Source: an uncultured Bacteroidales bacterium (GTDB lineage Bacteria; Bacteroidota; Bacteroidia; Bacteroidales; UBA932). From it: a DNA stretch of 64,000 nt. The DNA is taken from the NCBI GenBank assembly GCA_934726455.1, contig CAKVDS010000001.1, forward strand, positions 79,452 to 143,451, given 5' to 3'. Each line of letters begins with the position of its first letter. Positions within the stretch are counted from its first letter, which is position 1. A program made the translations under genes and the position numbers. Shown piece after piece: positions 8,674 to 18,207 of the stretch. A model generated the notes under the pieces. That model saw nothing but the letters and a program-made list of their open reading frames with translations, made no database searches and had not been told where the DNA came from.

Positions 8674-9696
8674 TTACAGCAACAGCATCACTGCGAAGAC
8701 ATACAGCAGGAATCCCTGAAGCTTGAGCTTGTCGGCGCTTGTACGGGTGATCATGGTCTCGGTAGGGTCTGTCTGCAGCATGGATTCCAGTTCTTCCATG
8801 TGCGGAGGACGGTTGAAAGACCACTTGCTTATGATTTGACCGTCAGAGGCATAGGTGAGACCGCCGTTTGAGCGGTTGAGCGTCAGCAGGGTTTTCCTGT
8901 CTGCAAAATAGGTGTAAGGCAACACGTCAGGCCCGGCCAGCTGTGAGATTTCTTCCGGATACGATGCCGTGAGCAGGATGGCGGTATAGCCTGCGGAAGA
9001 GGACTCCCGGAGAAGACCGGAAATCTTGTTCCAGCCTTTGCCGCCCGGTCTGGACGGGTCGTAGACGGAGCAGATCATCACCCTGTCATCGAGGGCCAGC
9101 GAATCAGCATATTCCCCGTCAGCATTGCTGAAAGACAATCCTTCAGCGGAGAGTTCCGCCCCGCATTTGTAATTGGTGAAGTCAACCATCGGTATGGACA
9201 GGGCAGAATACAGGAAAAACAGGCAGACAGATACACCTGTGATGCAGAAACTTACATATTTCACTTTCCGTGTCGGCTCCTGACTGCCAGGTGGCAGGAA
9301 AGCCGCAGCCCAGAGAGCGAGCAATGCTATGTTCTTCAGAAAACTCTGAAGGTGAGTCAGGTGCACAGCCTCCCCGAAGCATCCGCAGTCCATCGACGGG
9401 TTGAAAATCAGCAGCACCAAAGTGAGCAGGGTGAAGAACGCGAGAACGGCGAGCGTGATTATGCCGGTGAGCCTCCGCCATACACCGCAAAGCAGGGCGG
9501 CTCCAAGAATCGTCTCCGCGAGCGCGCCTGCAGCCCCCGTAAAATACGCGAGAGGACGCAGGAAACCGAGGTGCAGGAATTTGAAATACTCCTCCACAAC
9601 GAGCCCGGCACCTACCGGATCCATCAATTTCAGAAGACCCGCCACGAAGAAGACGAAGCCTATTATGATGGCGCTAATCCTTCTTATGATTCTCAT
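8674..9696 (-). CDS. MauE/DoxX-family membrane protein with C-terminal soluble domain
   Basis: Four N-terminal TM helices and a DCGCFG motif typical of MauE/DoxX. Confidence 0.6.
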   Translation of the reverse strand: MRIIRRISAIIIGFVFFVAGLLKLMDPVGAGLVVEEYFKFLHLGFLRPLAYFTGAAGALAETILGAALLCGVWRRLTGIITLAVLAFFTLLTLVLLIFNPSMDCGCFGEAVHLTHLQSFLKNIALLALWAAAFLPPGSQEPTRKVKYVSFCITGVSVCLFFLYSALSIPMVDFTNYKCGAELSAEGLSFSNADGEYADSLALDDRVMICSVYDPSRPGGKGWNKISGLLRESSSAGYTAILLTASYPEEISQLAGPDVLPYTYFADRKTLLTLNRSNGGLTYASDGQIISKWSFNRPPHMEELESMLQTDPTETMITRTSADKLKLQGFLLYVFAVMLLL

Positions 9697-10357
9697 ATAT
9701 CTTCTTTATCTTTTCGAAAATGCTTTCAGCTGCCAGCATCCCGCCATCGGCATCCGAGCATCCGACGGGCAGAAACCGCGGGTCTGAGGCAGCCTGCCTG
9801 CGGTAGAAGTCCCTGACTCTGCGCTGGAAGTTGATGTCGGTTTCATGGATGTCACTGCCCCCGTGCAGGTAGTCCCTGTCATTCCCGTCCCTGTGGGCCG
9901 TGAGGCTTTTCTCCACAAAAGCTATCGGGACGTCAAGGAACAGGTTCAGATCCGGTCTCGGAAGTTTGAATGCCCCGTACTCCGTGTCGATGATCCATTT
10001 CCTCAGGGCTTCCGCCTCTTGATCCGAGCCCAGCTTTGCGCATTGGTAAGCTATGTTGGAATAGACATACCTGTCCAGAAGCACTGTGCTGCCCTCCTCG
10101 ATGGCTTTCCTTATCATGGGTGCAGCCTCGCGTCTGTCCTCGGCGAATAGCAGGGCTACAAGCTGCGGGTGGACGGACTCGATTGTCCCGAAGTCCCCGC
10201 GCAGGAACTTGCTTATCAGCTCCCCGTACACAGGGGCGTCATATCGAGGGAAATGTATGTAATCGACTTTGGGACATACGCTCTGAAGATACTCTCTGAG
10301 CATCTTTACCTGCGTGGATTTCCCGGCCCCGTCAAGGCCTTCCAAAACTATCAGCAT
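9674..10357 (-). CDS. tmk: dTMP (thymidylate) kinase
   Basis: IVLEGLDGAGKSTQ P-loop and LDRYVYSNIAYQ. Confidence 0.88.
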   Translation of the reverse strand: MLIVLEGLDGAGKSTQVKMLREYLQSVCPKVDYIHFPRYDAPVYGELISKFLRGDFGTIESVHPQLVALLFAEDRREAAPMIRKAIEEGSTVLLDRYVYSNIAYQCAKLGSDQEAEALRKWIIDTEYGAFKLPRPDLNLFLDVPIAFVEKSLTAHRDGNDRDYLHGGSDIHETDINFQRRVRDFYRRQAASDPRFLPVGCSDADGGMLAAESIFEKIKKIYENHKKD

Positions 10358-10394
10358 AGACGCAAAGGTATGGATTTTTTGCTACTTTTGCATT

Positions 10395-11126
10395 ATGGTA
10401 AAGATAATGGGGATTGTGAATCTGACACCGGATTCATTTTGGGCTTCCAGCCGCGCCACGGCGCAGGAAGCGTTGCCGAGGATAGAACAGATGCTTGAAG
10501 ACGGGGCCGACATCATCGACATCGGGGCCGTGTCCACACGGCCGGGAGCGGCTGACGTGAGCATGGAGGAGGAGTGGCGCAGGCTTGAGCCGGTGCTGCG
10601 CGAGCTTGACAGCCAGGTGCCGGTCTCGATCGACACCACAAATGCCGAGATCGTCCGCAGGACTTACGACACCTTCGGGCGCTTCATCGTCAACGACATC
10701 TCCGCCGGAGAAGACGACCCGCAGATGCTGGGTACTGTCGGCAAACTCGGTCTGCCTTACATCGCGATGCACAAGAGGGGCAATCCCCGGACAATGGACG
10801 GGCAGTGCGACTACCCGGAAGGTGTGATCCCCGAACTGCTTGAGTATTTCGGGGGCTTTGCCATCACCGCCGCAACCAACGGCATAAAGGACTGGATACT
10901 CGACCCAGGCCTGGGCTTTGCCAAGACTCCGGAGCAGAATTGGGAAATCCTTGAGCATCTTGAAGATTTCAAGGTGCTTGGAAAACAGATACTCATAGGC
11001 GCGGCCGACAAGCGCTTCACCGCGGGGGACACAGAGAAGGCCCATCGCACAGCACTTGAGCACGGGGCGGACATCCTCCGTGTGCATGACGTGAAAAAAG
11101 CCCGGCAGACCGCCGGGCTCGAATAA
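10395..11126 (+). CDS. folP: Dihydropteroate synthase
   Basis: IMGIVNLTPDSF, IIDIGAVSTRPG, VPVSIDT, DPGLGFAKT. Start trimmed from 10314 to the ATG at 10395. Confidence 0.9.
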   Translation: MVKIMGIVNLTPDSFWASSRATAQEALPRIEQMLEDGADIIDIGAVSTRPGAADVSMEEEWRRLEPVLRELDSQVPVSIDTTNAEIVRRTYDTFGRFIVNDISAGEDDPQMLGTVGKLGLPYIAMHKRGNPRTMDGQCDYPEGVIPELLEYFGGFAITAATNGIKDWILDPGLGFAKTPEQNWEILEHLEDFKVLGKQILIGAADKRFTAGDTEKAHRTALEHGADILRVHDVKKARQTAGLE

Positions 11127-11140
11127 TCTTTAAGTAATAT

Positions 11141-12028
11141 CTACTCCGCAAACAGAGAAGGGACGCTGTCGCAGTTGCCTTCAGGCGAACTGTCCACCTT
11201 GCTGAACTTCAGCACCACGAGCGCGGTGACGATCAAGCAGGCGGCAAACATCGCCCAATACACCGGTATTGGGAACACCTCCATCCAGCTGTCTGCATCT
11301 TTGAGAGAGTCTATGTTGCTCATTACCAGCGATACAGTGTTGTTGGTGAAATGCATCAGCATCGTCAGTCTGAGAGATCCTGTCTTGTAGTAGACATAGC
11401 CGAACAGGCATCCGAGCAGGAAAGCCGGCAGCGCCTGCCAAGGGTTGAGGTGTATCAGTGCGAAGAACAGGGCTGACAACACGATGGCCCACGTTGGCTT
11501 TACCTTGTTGCCGAGCAGTCCTCTCAATACCATTCCCCGGCACAGCCACTCTTCAAAGAACGGAGCAAATATGCTCACACACAGAAAATTGAGCAGCAGG
11601 TTCCCCTGTGTCATGCTCTCAAGCATCTGTTCGAGCCATTCCGGCATCGGTGGCATGAGCTGGCTCAGGGCATCTGTGCAGAACGCCAGGGAGATTGTCC
11701 CCGCAGCTGCCAGCACTGCGCACAAGACACCTCCGACAGGGCGGAAATTGTTGCTGTCAAGCTTCAGCCCACCGCCTGTGAAACTGCGTGCCCGGCTCTT
11801 GGCTCCGGCATACATCATCGCCGGGATGAACATCACCGGATAAGAGACGATCATGGCGTATTCCGTCCCCTTGTCCGCGCCGAGCACGGCGGTAAAGAGG
11901 AACGTGATTACGTTGCCCAATATGCTTCCGAGCATGAGCATCGCCAGCAGAACCAGTATCTCCTTGATGCCCGGCACGAACCAGGAGTAGTTGTCGAAGA
12001 ACTTGTAGTTCCGGACCTTTTTTCCCAT
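11141..12028 (-). CDS. CPBP-family (CAAX/Abi) intramembrane metalloprotease
   Basis: Multi-TM protein with FAPFFEEWLCRG (EExxxR), FALIH and HFTNN motifs. Confidence 0.8.
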   Translation of the reverse strand: MGKKVRNYKFFDNYSWFVPGIKEILVLLAMLMLGSILGNVITFLFTAVLGADKGTEYAMIVSYPVMFIPAMMYAGAKSRARSFTGGGLKLDSNNFRPVGGVLCAVLAAAGTISLAFCTDALSQLMPPMPEWLEQMLESMTQGNLLLNFLCVSIFAPFFEEWLCRGMVLRGLLGNKVKPTWAIVLSALFFALIHLNPWQALPAFLLGCLFGYVYYKTGSLRLTMLMHFTNNTVSLVMSNIDSLKDADSWMEVFPIPVYWAMFAACLIVTALVVLKFSKVDSSPEGNCDSVPSLFAE

Positions 12029-12034
12029 TGCTGC

Positions 12035-12967
12035 CTATTTGTAGAGTGGGGAAGGGTAGATGCCCTCGGCTGCCAGCTGCGCGAACTTGGCGACGACGGC
12101 AGGTCTGTCCTCCTTGTAGGTGACTCCGAACCAGTGCGACGGTGTGGAAAGCACCTCGCAACCGGCTTCACCACACTTAATCATTACATCTACCGCGTAC
12201 GGGATATAGAACTCTTTCTTGAGCTCCTGACTGTTTGCCTGGAGGAAATCCTTGAAGATTCTTTCCGCTTTAGGGAAGAAGTCCGGGGTGAATCCCCACA
12301 TGTTCATCGAGCAGAGATCCTTGCCGTTGAGGGTGACGTGCTCTCCGGTGACGGAGTTGTCTCCTGTGACCTTGCCATCAGCTTCCTTGATGATGTTGAG
12401 GTGCTCTACGACATCAGTGAGGTGGTGCCCTTCATCATAGTGGCAGATGCCTCTTGACACGCCTCCGGATTCGCTCAGGGTGTGGTCGAGCTCAAATCCT
12501 ACTATGGAGTATACCCCCTCGCTGTCCGAGTGCTCCATGCACCACTTGGCAGCGGTCTGGAAAGATTCACGGCCATAGAAATCATCCCCGTTGATCACGA
12601 GGAACGGCTCATTGATCACGTCTTTGGCCATAAGGACAGCATGCGCCGTGCCCCACGGTTTCTGCCTTTCCGGGTTGAGGCTGAATCCGGCCGGGATCTT
12701 GCTCAGCTCTTGGGTTACAAAGACAAACTCGAGAGGCTGTCCGTCCGGACATTTGACATCGCTGTACTTGTTCTTTACGCTTTCTTTGAATGCGTCCAGA
12801 AAGTACTCGCGTACTACATATACAACTTTTCCGAATCCGGCGTTCACCGCGTCATAGATCGAGTAGTCGATGATCGTCTCTCCGTTCGGGCCTAGGCCGT
12901 CCATCTGTTTGAGTCCGCCGTAGCGGCTGCCCATGCCGGCCGCAAGGACCAAAAGTGCAGGTTTCAT
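12035..12967 (-). CDS. Sugar-phosphate nucleotidyltransferase family protein
   Basis: LVLAAGMGSRYGGLKQ (GxGxR) N-terminal signature. Start trimmed to MKPALL. Confidence 0.7.
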   Translation of the reverse strand: MKPALLVLAAGMGSRYGGLKQMDGLGPNGETIIDYSIYDAVNAGFGKVVYVVREYFLDAFKESVKNKYSDVKCPDGQPLEFVFVTQELSKIPAGFSLNPERQKPWGTAHAVLMAKDVINEPFLVINGDDFYGRESFQTAAKWCMEHSDSEGVYSIVGFELDHTLSESGGVSRGICHYDEGHHLTDVVEHLNIIKEADGKVTGDNSVTGEHVTLNGKDLCSMNMWGFTPDFFPKAERIFKDFLQANSQELKKEFYIPYAVDVMIKCGEAGCEVLSTPSHWFGVTYKEDRPAVVAKFAQLAAEGIYPSPLYK

Positions 12968-13025
12968 AATAAAGTGTTGATTGGTTTTGAGTTTGGGCAA
13001 ATTTAATTAATTTTGCGCAAAGTCT

Positions 13026-13355
13026 ATGGGAATTTTCAAAGATTTGTGGAATCGCGACAAGGATAAGGGCAGGGAAGAGCAGCGTTCTTTCCTCCGCTAT
13101 GCCGTTGTGGCTACGGCTGTGTTTGTCGTTTTCATGTTTGTCAAGAAAGACAATGTCCTGACCTGGATCAATGCAGGTTTCACGCTGCGGGCGCAGCAGA
13201 AGCAGATAGAGTCGCTTGAATTGAAGAACAAGGGGCTTGACCGCAAGCTGGACGATCTGTTGACCAGCCGGGACTCCCTTGAGCGTTTCGCGCGTGAGAC
13301 ATACTATTTCGCAGCGCCCGGGGATGACGTCTATATTGATGAGACCGGCCGGTAA
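13026..13355 (+). CDS. Septum formation initiator (FtsB/DivIC-like) protein
   Basis: Single TM helix followed by a coiled coil (QIESLELKNKGLDRKLDDL) and ERFARETYYFAAPGDDVY. Confidence 0.7.
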   Translation: MGIFKDLWNRDKDKGREEQRSFLRYAVVATAVFVVFMFVKKDNVLTWINAGFTLRAQQKQIESLELKNKGLDRKLDDLLTSRDSLERFARETYYFAAPGDDVYIDETGR

Positions 13356-14563
13356 CTCAGACGTACCACCTCCTTGCAGTCTTCGCCGACTTTGATGCTC
13401 TCATCTATTCTGCAGCATAGCAGGGCGGCGACATGATGCCCGTCCAGCTCGATTACTTCCGCCTCCTCTTTGGCTTGGGCTGGCCATCCGAGTGAGGTGA
13501 AAATGTCTGAAATCTTCTTCCTTTTCCCTCCCATGCCCAGAGGACACATCCAGTCTCCCGCTTGCCAACGCCTGATTTTCAGAGGCCAGCTGAGTTTTGC
13601 CCGGTCTGCGATCAGTATACCGTCCTTCTGTTTGAGAGATGTCAGATCTTCTCTTGAGATGAACTCGCAAAACAGTTCCCTTGAGGGACGGGGCCTTCTG
13701 ATGTGGATTCCTGAAGAAGTACACTCGACCGGGCCGAATCTTTTCCCTCCGATGGGGCCGCCTTCATCGATCGCTCTTTTGAGAGACTCGAATTCGTCAT
13801 TGCCTATTCCGCTGTCTTCAAGAAGCCTCCACAGTACATAGTCCCGGTGCCGGATTTCCCTAAGGGCCGGTATCGAGATGCTGTTGTCCGGGAGAATTAC
13901 TTTCCCTCTGGCATCACGGAAGCAGTCTTCCGCTATGTCGCGCACCTGCGCGAATCTGCGCATGTCCCCGTTCAGAGTGCGGATAAAAGACGGATTCAGT
14001 TCCTTCAAGATGGGGAAAACCTCGTTGCGCAGGCGGTTGCGCTTGTAATCGTTCTCTCTGTTGGTCCGGTCTTCTCTCCACTCAAGTCCGCGTTCTTCCA
14101 TCCATTTCCGGATTTCACTTCGGTCCGTGCCAAGCAGAGGCCGGAGCACCCCGGGCCGGTCCCCCATCCCGCTGATGCCTCGTATTCCTGTGCCCCTCAA
14201 TAAGTTGAGCAGCAGAGTCTCGGCGTTGTCATTTGCGTTGTGGGCCACTGCCACTGCCTCGAATCCTCTTTCTTTGCACAATTGTGCGAACCAGTTGTAG
14301 CGCAGTTCGCGGGCGGCCATCTCTATGCTCATGGAGTGCTGCTCCGCGTATCCTGCCGTGTCGAACCTTTTCGCGCAGAATTCAATCCCGTGCTCGGCGC
14401 ACCATCTTCTCACGAATTCCTCATCGCCGTCGGATTCGCTCCCGCGCAGCGCGAAATTGCAGTGCGCCACAGCAAAACGGGCTCCGGGAAAAAGCTCCGA
14501 AGCCCTGTTTGCCATATACATGGAGTCTATGCCTCCGCTCACAGCGAGGAGAATAAGTCTCAT
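13331..14563 (-). CDS. tilS: tRNA(Ile)-lysidine synthase
   Basis: PP-loop LLAVSGGIDSMYM. Start trimmed to MRLILL, where ATGA overlaps the upstream stop. Confidence 0.88.
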   Translation of the reverse strand: MRLILLAVSGGIDSMYMANRASELFPGARFAVAHCNFALRGSESDGDEEFVRRWCAEHGIEFCAKRFDTAGYAEQHSMSIEMAARELRYNWFAQLCKERGFEAVAVAHNANDNAETLLLNLLRGTGIRGISGMGDRPGVLRPLLGTDRSEIRKWMEERGLEWREDRTNRENDYKRNRLRNEVFPILKELNPSFIRTLNGDMRRFAQVRDIAEDCFRDARGKVILPDNSISIPALREIRHRDYVLWRLLEDSGIGNDEFESLKRAIDEGGPIGGKRFGPVECTSSGIHIRRPRPSRELFCEFISREDLTSLKQKDGILIADRAKLSWPLKIRRWQAGDWMCPLGMGGKRKKISDIFTSLGWPAQAKEEAEVIELDGHHVAALLCCRIDESIKVGEDCKEVVRLSYRPVSSI

Positions 14564-15567
14564 CTCTTGTTGCTGATAAGGTAGGTGAAGTTGACGGAGA
14601 AGAACTCCTTGAACTGTATCCTCTGCTTGCCGTCGATGATGACGATAGGATCGTATATCATCCACGTGCTGAGACCTATCTTGAAGTACTTGGCCAGCTG
14701 CCAGGTGATCTTGTTGTCCCAGTTGATCCTGTTGTACTTGAACGGCTTGTTGAGGTAGTCGGTGAACAGGACCAGCTGTGTCTCGTACTTGAGGTCATCG
14801 TTGACGGAGGTCCTGTAGTTGATTTTCACCTGGGCACCGAACTGGAAAAGCTGGCTGTGGTAGCTGCTTCCAAGTTCCGGATCCAGATCCGCCTCCCTGA
14901 GCTTCATACCGTATTTCTTTCTGAGTTCCTCCTTGGTACAGATGGTGAAACCTCCCGTCAACGGGGCCAGGTTGACGTTGAACCAGTCCACGGGGGTCCA
15001 TTCCATACCGAACGCTATGGTGGAGTAGGCAGGGGAGAGGAAGCTGGACTTGAGTGTGCCGTTCCACTTGCCGCTCTGCTCGTCCTGTTTGTAGGAGTCG
15101 TAGCTGTCAGTGAACTGTGAGCGGAAGTCAAACGAGGCCGTGTAGTTCCAGTCGCTGTCCTTGAGAATCTTGTATGCCAGACGGCTTTCGAACTTTATGA
15201 GATCATTGCTTTTCTGGAGCAGGTTCTCCTTGTCCGCCGACCACAAGAATCCGTATTGGAGCTGGAGACGGTTGGTCCAGCTCACCAGTTCCTTGGAATA
15301 GTTGGCATTGGCATCGACTCCGATGCTGAGCGTGAGGGTGTTGTATCCGCCTGCCGCCCAGTTCCAGAGGCTTGTGTTGCTGGTGCCGAGGTCGAACTGT
15401 GTCCAGCTGTTCCAATATTGTGGCCTGTCCTGGGCGTCTTTTGCGGCGGGGGCCTCCTGCAGGGCCTCGGCTGCCGCCTCCATGGCTTTCTGCAGGGCAT
15501 CGTCCTGAGCATGCAGGCTCAGACATGCGGCAAGGGCGGCCGCCGTCAGTGTCAGAGTTTTCTTCAT
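14560..15567 (-). CDS. DUF3078-like outer-membrane beta-barrel protein
   Basis: Signal peptide MKKTLTLTAAALAACLSLHA, SLWNWAAGGYNT motif and alternating beta-strand pattern. The N-terminal 95 codons of the track ORF overlap proS and were trimmed. Confidence 0.6.
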   Translation of the reverse strand: MKKTLTLTAAALAACLSLHAQDDALQKAMEAAAEALQEAPAAKDAQDRPQYWNSWTQFDLGTSNTSLWNWAAGGYNTLTLSIGVDANANYSKELVSWTNRLQLQYGFLWSADKENLLQKSNDLIKFESRLAYKILKDSDWNYTASFDFRSQFTDSYDSYKQDEQSGKWNGTLKSSFLSPAYSTIAFGMEWTPVDWFNVNLAPLTGGFTICTKEELRKKYGMKLREADLDPELGSSYHSQLFQFGAQVKINYRTSVNDDLKYETQLVLFTDYLNKPFKYNRINWDNKITWQLAKYFKIGLSTWMIYDPIVIIDGKQRIQFKEFFSVNFTYLISNKR

Positions 15568-15568
15568 G

Positions 15569-17047
15569 CTAGTAGGATATTGCGAATACGACTCTCCTGT
15601 GTGAAGGTTTGCCGGAGAATATGTCCTTGCCTTCTTCTTCACACACGCAACTGTCAACTGGGATGCAGCGGATCGTGGCCTTGGTGGCGTCCTTGATGGC
15701 CTGCTCGGTCTCCACGGTTCCGTCCCAGTGGCAGAGGAGGAACTTCCCGGTCTGGATCTTCTCCCTGAACTCTTCCCAGCTGTCGCATTTCTCGATATGG
15801 GAGTCGCGGAACGCGAGAGCCTTGTTGTATATGTTTGTCTGGATGTCCTCAAGAAGGGCTTGAATATGCTCGGCGATGCCTTCGAGAGACATGGTCTCTT
15901 TGGTCAGTGTGTCCCTGCGGGCCACTTCCACCGTGCCTGAGGCGAGGTCCCTGGCGCCCATGGCGAGGCGTACAGGCACTCCTTTCAATTCCCATTCCGC
16001 GAATTTGAACCCGGGCCGCAGCGTGTCCCTGTCGTCTATCTTGCAGCTGATTCCGAGTTTGTCCAGAGCGAGACGTATCTCGTCCATCTTGGCGAGCACC
16101 TGCGAGTGCTCTTCATCAGTCTTGTATATGGGCACCATCACGACCTGTATCGGGGCGAGCCTTGGCGGAAGCACCAGCCCGTTGTCGTCACCGTGAGCCA
16201 TCACGAGCGCTCCCATCAGACGGGTGCTGACTCCCCACGATGTGGCCCATACGTATTCCTGCTTTCCCTCTTTGTTGGTGAACTGCACGTCGAAGGATTT
16301 GGCGAAGTTCTGCCCGAGAAAATGGGATGTGCCGGCCTGAAGGGCCTTGCCGTCCTGCATCATGGCTTCGATGGTCAAGGTGTCAAGCGCGCCGGCGAAC
16401 CTTTCATTGGGGCTCTTGTGCCCTACGATTACCGGCAGGGCCAGTACATTGCGGGCGAAATCGGCGTAGACATGCACCATCTCATAGGCTTTTGCCTCTG
16501 CTTCTTCCGCGGTGGCATGGGCTGTGTGTCCCTCCTGCCAGAGAAATTCCGCAGTGCGCAGGAAAAGCCTTGTGCGCATCTCCCAGCGCACCACATTGCA
16601 CCATTGGTTGCAGAGCACAGGAAGATCCCTCCATGAGGTTATCCAATTTTTGTATGTGCTCCAGATTATGGTTTCGGAGGTCGGGCGGACTATCAGCTCT
16701 TCTTCAAGCTTGGCGCTCGGGTCGACCACCACGCCTTTGCCGTCGGGGTCGTTCATCAGGCGGTGGTGCGTCACGACTGCGCACTCCTTGGCGAATCCTG
16801 CCACATGTTCCGCCTCGCGGCTGAAGAATGACTTGGGGATGAACAGCGGGAAATACGCGTTCTGTACCCCCGTCTTTTTGAATCTGCCGTCGAGCGCGGC
16901 CTGCATCTTCTCCCAGATTGCATACCCGTACGGTTTGATGACCATACAACCCCTTACTGCGGACTGCTCCGCCAGATCTGCCTTGATTACCAGATCGTTG
17001 TACCACTGAGAATAGTTCTCAGAGCGTTTGGTGACCTCTTTTGCCAT
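15569..17047 (-). CDS. proS: Proline--tRNA ligase (archaeal/eukaryote-like type)
   Basis: [35 protein letters not shown], class II motifs and a C-terminal Zn-binding-like domain. Confidence 0.93.
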   Translation of the reverse strand: MAKEVTKRSENYSQWYNDLVIKADLAEQSAVRGCMVIKPYGYAIWEKMQAALDGRFKKTGVQNAYFPLFIPKSFFSREAEHVAGFAKECAVVTHHRLMNDPDGKGVVVDPSAKLEEELIVRPTSETIIWSTYKNWITSWRDLPVLCNQWCNVVRWEMRTRLFLRTAEFLWQEGHTAHATAEEAEAKAYEMVHVYADFARNVLALPVIVGHKSPNERFAGALDTLTIEAMMQDGKALQAGTSHFLGQNFAKSFDVQFTNKEGKQEYVWATSWGVSTRLMGALVMAHGDDNGLVLPPRLAPIQVVMVPIYKTDEEHSQVLAKMDEIRLALDKLGISCKIDDRDTLRPGFKFAEWELKGVPVRLAMGARDLASGTVEVARRDTLTKETMSLEGIAEHIQALLEDIQTNIYNKALAFRDSHIEKCDSWEEFREKIQTGKFLLCHWDGTVETEQAIKDATKATIRCIPVDSCVCEEEGKDIFSGKPSHRRVVFAISY

Positions 17048-17166
17048 ATTCTTGTAGAAAGTCTGCGTTTTTTTTCGAAATTTGCATCTATATATAGAAT
17101 CGGGCGTGGGCCCGGATTCTTTGCAGACGCAAAGATACTAATTATAAATTAACAGGAGACTGTAAC

Positions 17167-18189
17167 ATGAAACGTATTCTGGCTTATTTACTGCCTCTTA
17201 TTGCCCTTGCCTCCTGCGGGACAGCGTCACAGTATGCTCAGCAGAGGTATGTCGACGGTATATATGAGCGCATTGAACCGGCCCCGGAACCGGTTCAGAT
17301 ATACTCTAAAGAAGATTTCGAGCAGATGGCTGCGCAGGACATCGCCCGTAAGAACATACTGCGTGACACTGTGTATGTCCCGGTCTACGAATATAACTCA
17401 TCTTCTGACTTCCTTTGGGGCCTGGGGACCGGCTTCGCCTTGTCATCACCTTGGTACGGCCGCTGGTGGTGGGATGATTGGGCCTGGCGCTATGGATGGG
17501 ACTGGTGGCGTTTCAGCGACCCTTGGTACTATGGTTATCATGGCTGGGGATATGATCCGTGGTATTGGCGTCCTTGGAGATACGATCCGTGGTACTATGA
17601 TCCATGGTATTACGACCCTTGGCGCTATGATCCGTGGTACGGGCCTTCTTATGGGCATCGCCATGACCCATGGCCGCCTAAGCCGGGGCTTTCCCCTGAC
17701 GGAGGACGTTACTATGGAGAGCGTCGGGGAACACAGTCAAGCGGCACGCAGAGCGGACGGCCTGGCCGGAGCAATTATCGTCCGGGCGTGAGCGGAGGAA
17801 GTTACGGCTCAGCCGGCTCCTCCTCATACAACAGTTCCCGCCTTGTCCCACGCTCCGGTTCCGGAAGTTCTTCTTCCGCCAGACCGAACTCTTCCTCCGG
17901 ACGCGGCAATTCGAGAGTGACCCCGGGCCAGAACGGCTACAACTACTCACGTGGATATCAGGGCCGCAGCTCTGGCGGCGGTTCAAGCAGCGGCAGCAGT
18001 TCGCGCAGTTACGAGCGCAGCAATTCCAGTGGAAATTCAAGCAGCTGGGGAAGCAGCAGCCGGAGTTCCGGTTCAAGTTATTCCGGCGGCTCGTCCTCAA
18101 GAAGTTACGGCGGTGGCGGCGGTTCGTCCTCGCATAGCGGCGGTGGCGGAAGCAGCAGCCATGGTGGCGGCGGCGGAAGAAGAAGGTAA
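17167..18189 (+). CDS. Lipoprotein with Trp/Tyr/Asp/Pro repeat core and Ser/Gly/Arg-rich tail
   Basis: Lipobox LIALASCG. It has more than 6 DPWY(Y/R) repeats, then about 170 aa of S/G/R low complexity ending GGGGRRR. Confidence 0.6.
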   Translation: MKRILAYLLPLIALASCGTASQYAQQRYVDGIYERIEPAPEPVQIYSKEDFEQMAAQDIARKNILRDTVYVPVYEYNSSSDFLWGLGTGFALSSPWYGRWWWDDWAWRYGWDWWRFSDPWYYGYHGWGYDPWYWRPWRYDPWYYDPWYYDPWRYDPWYGPSYGHRHDPWPPKPGLSPDGGRYYGERRGTQSSGTQSGRPGRSNYRPGVSGGSYGSAGSSSYNSSRLVPRSGSGSSSSARPNSSSGRGNSRVTPGQNGYNYSRGYQGRSSGGGSSSGSSSRSYERSNSSGNSSSWGSSSRSSGSSYSGGSSSRSYGGGGGSSSHSGGGGSSSHGGGGGRRR

Positions 18190-18207
18190 ATCTTAAAACG
18201 AAAGGAA

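Noticed and set aside
10434-11087. 217-aa ORF antisense to folP
   Set aside because: folP motifs are unambiguous on the plus strand, and the antisense product has no features.
14560-15852. Long N-terminal extensions in the ORF track (for example 14560-15852, 23255-23983, 30110-31888, 41888-44623, 46377-48875, 49112-51001, 60931-62130)
   Set aside because: The extensions overlap neighbouring genes or promoters and lack signal peptides or motifs. In each case an internal ATG, followed by the expected N-terminus (signal peptide or conserved motif), was chosen.
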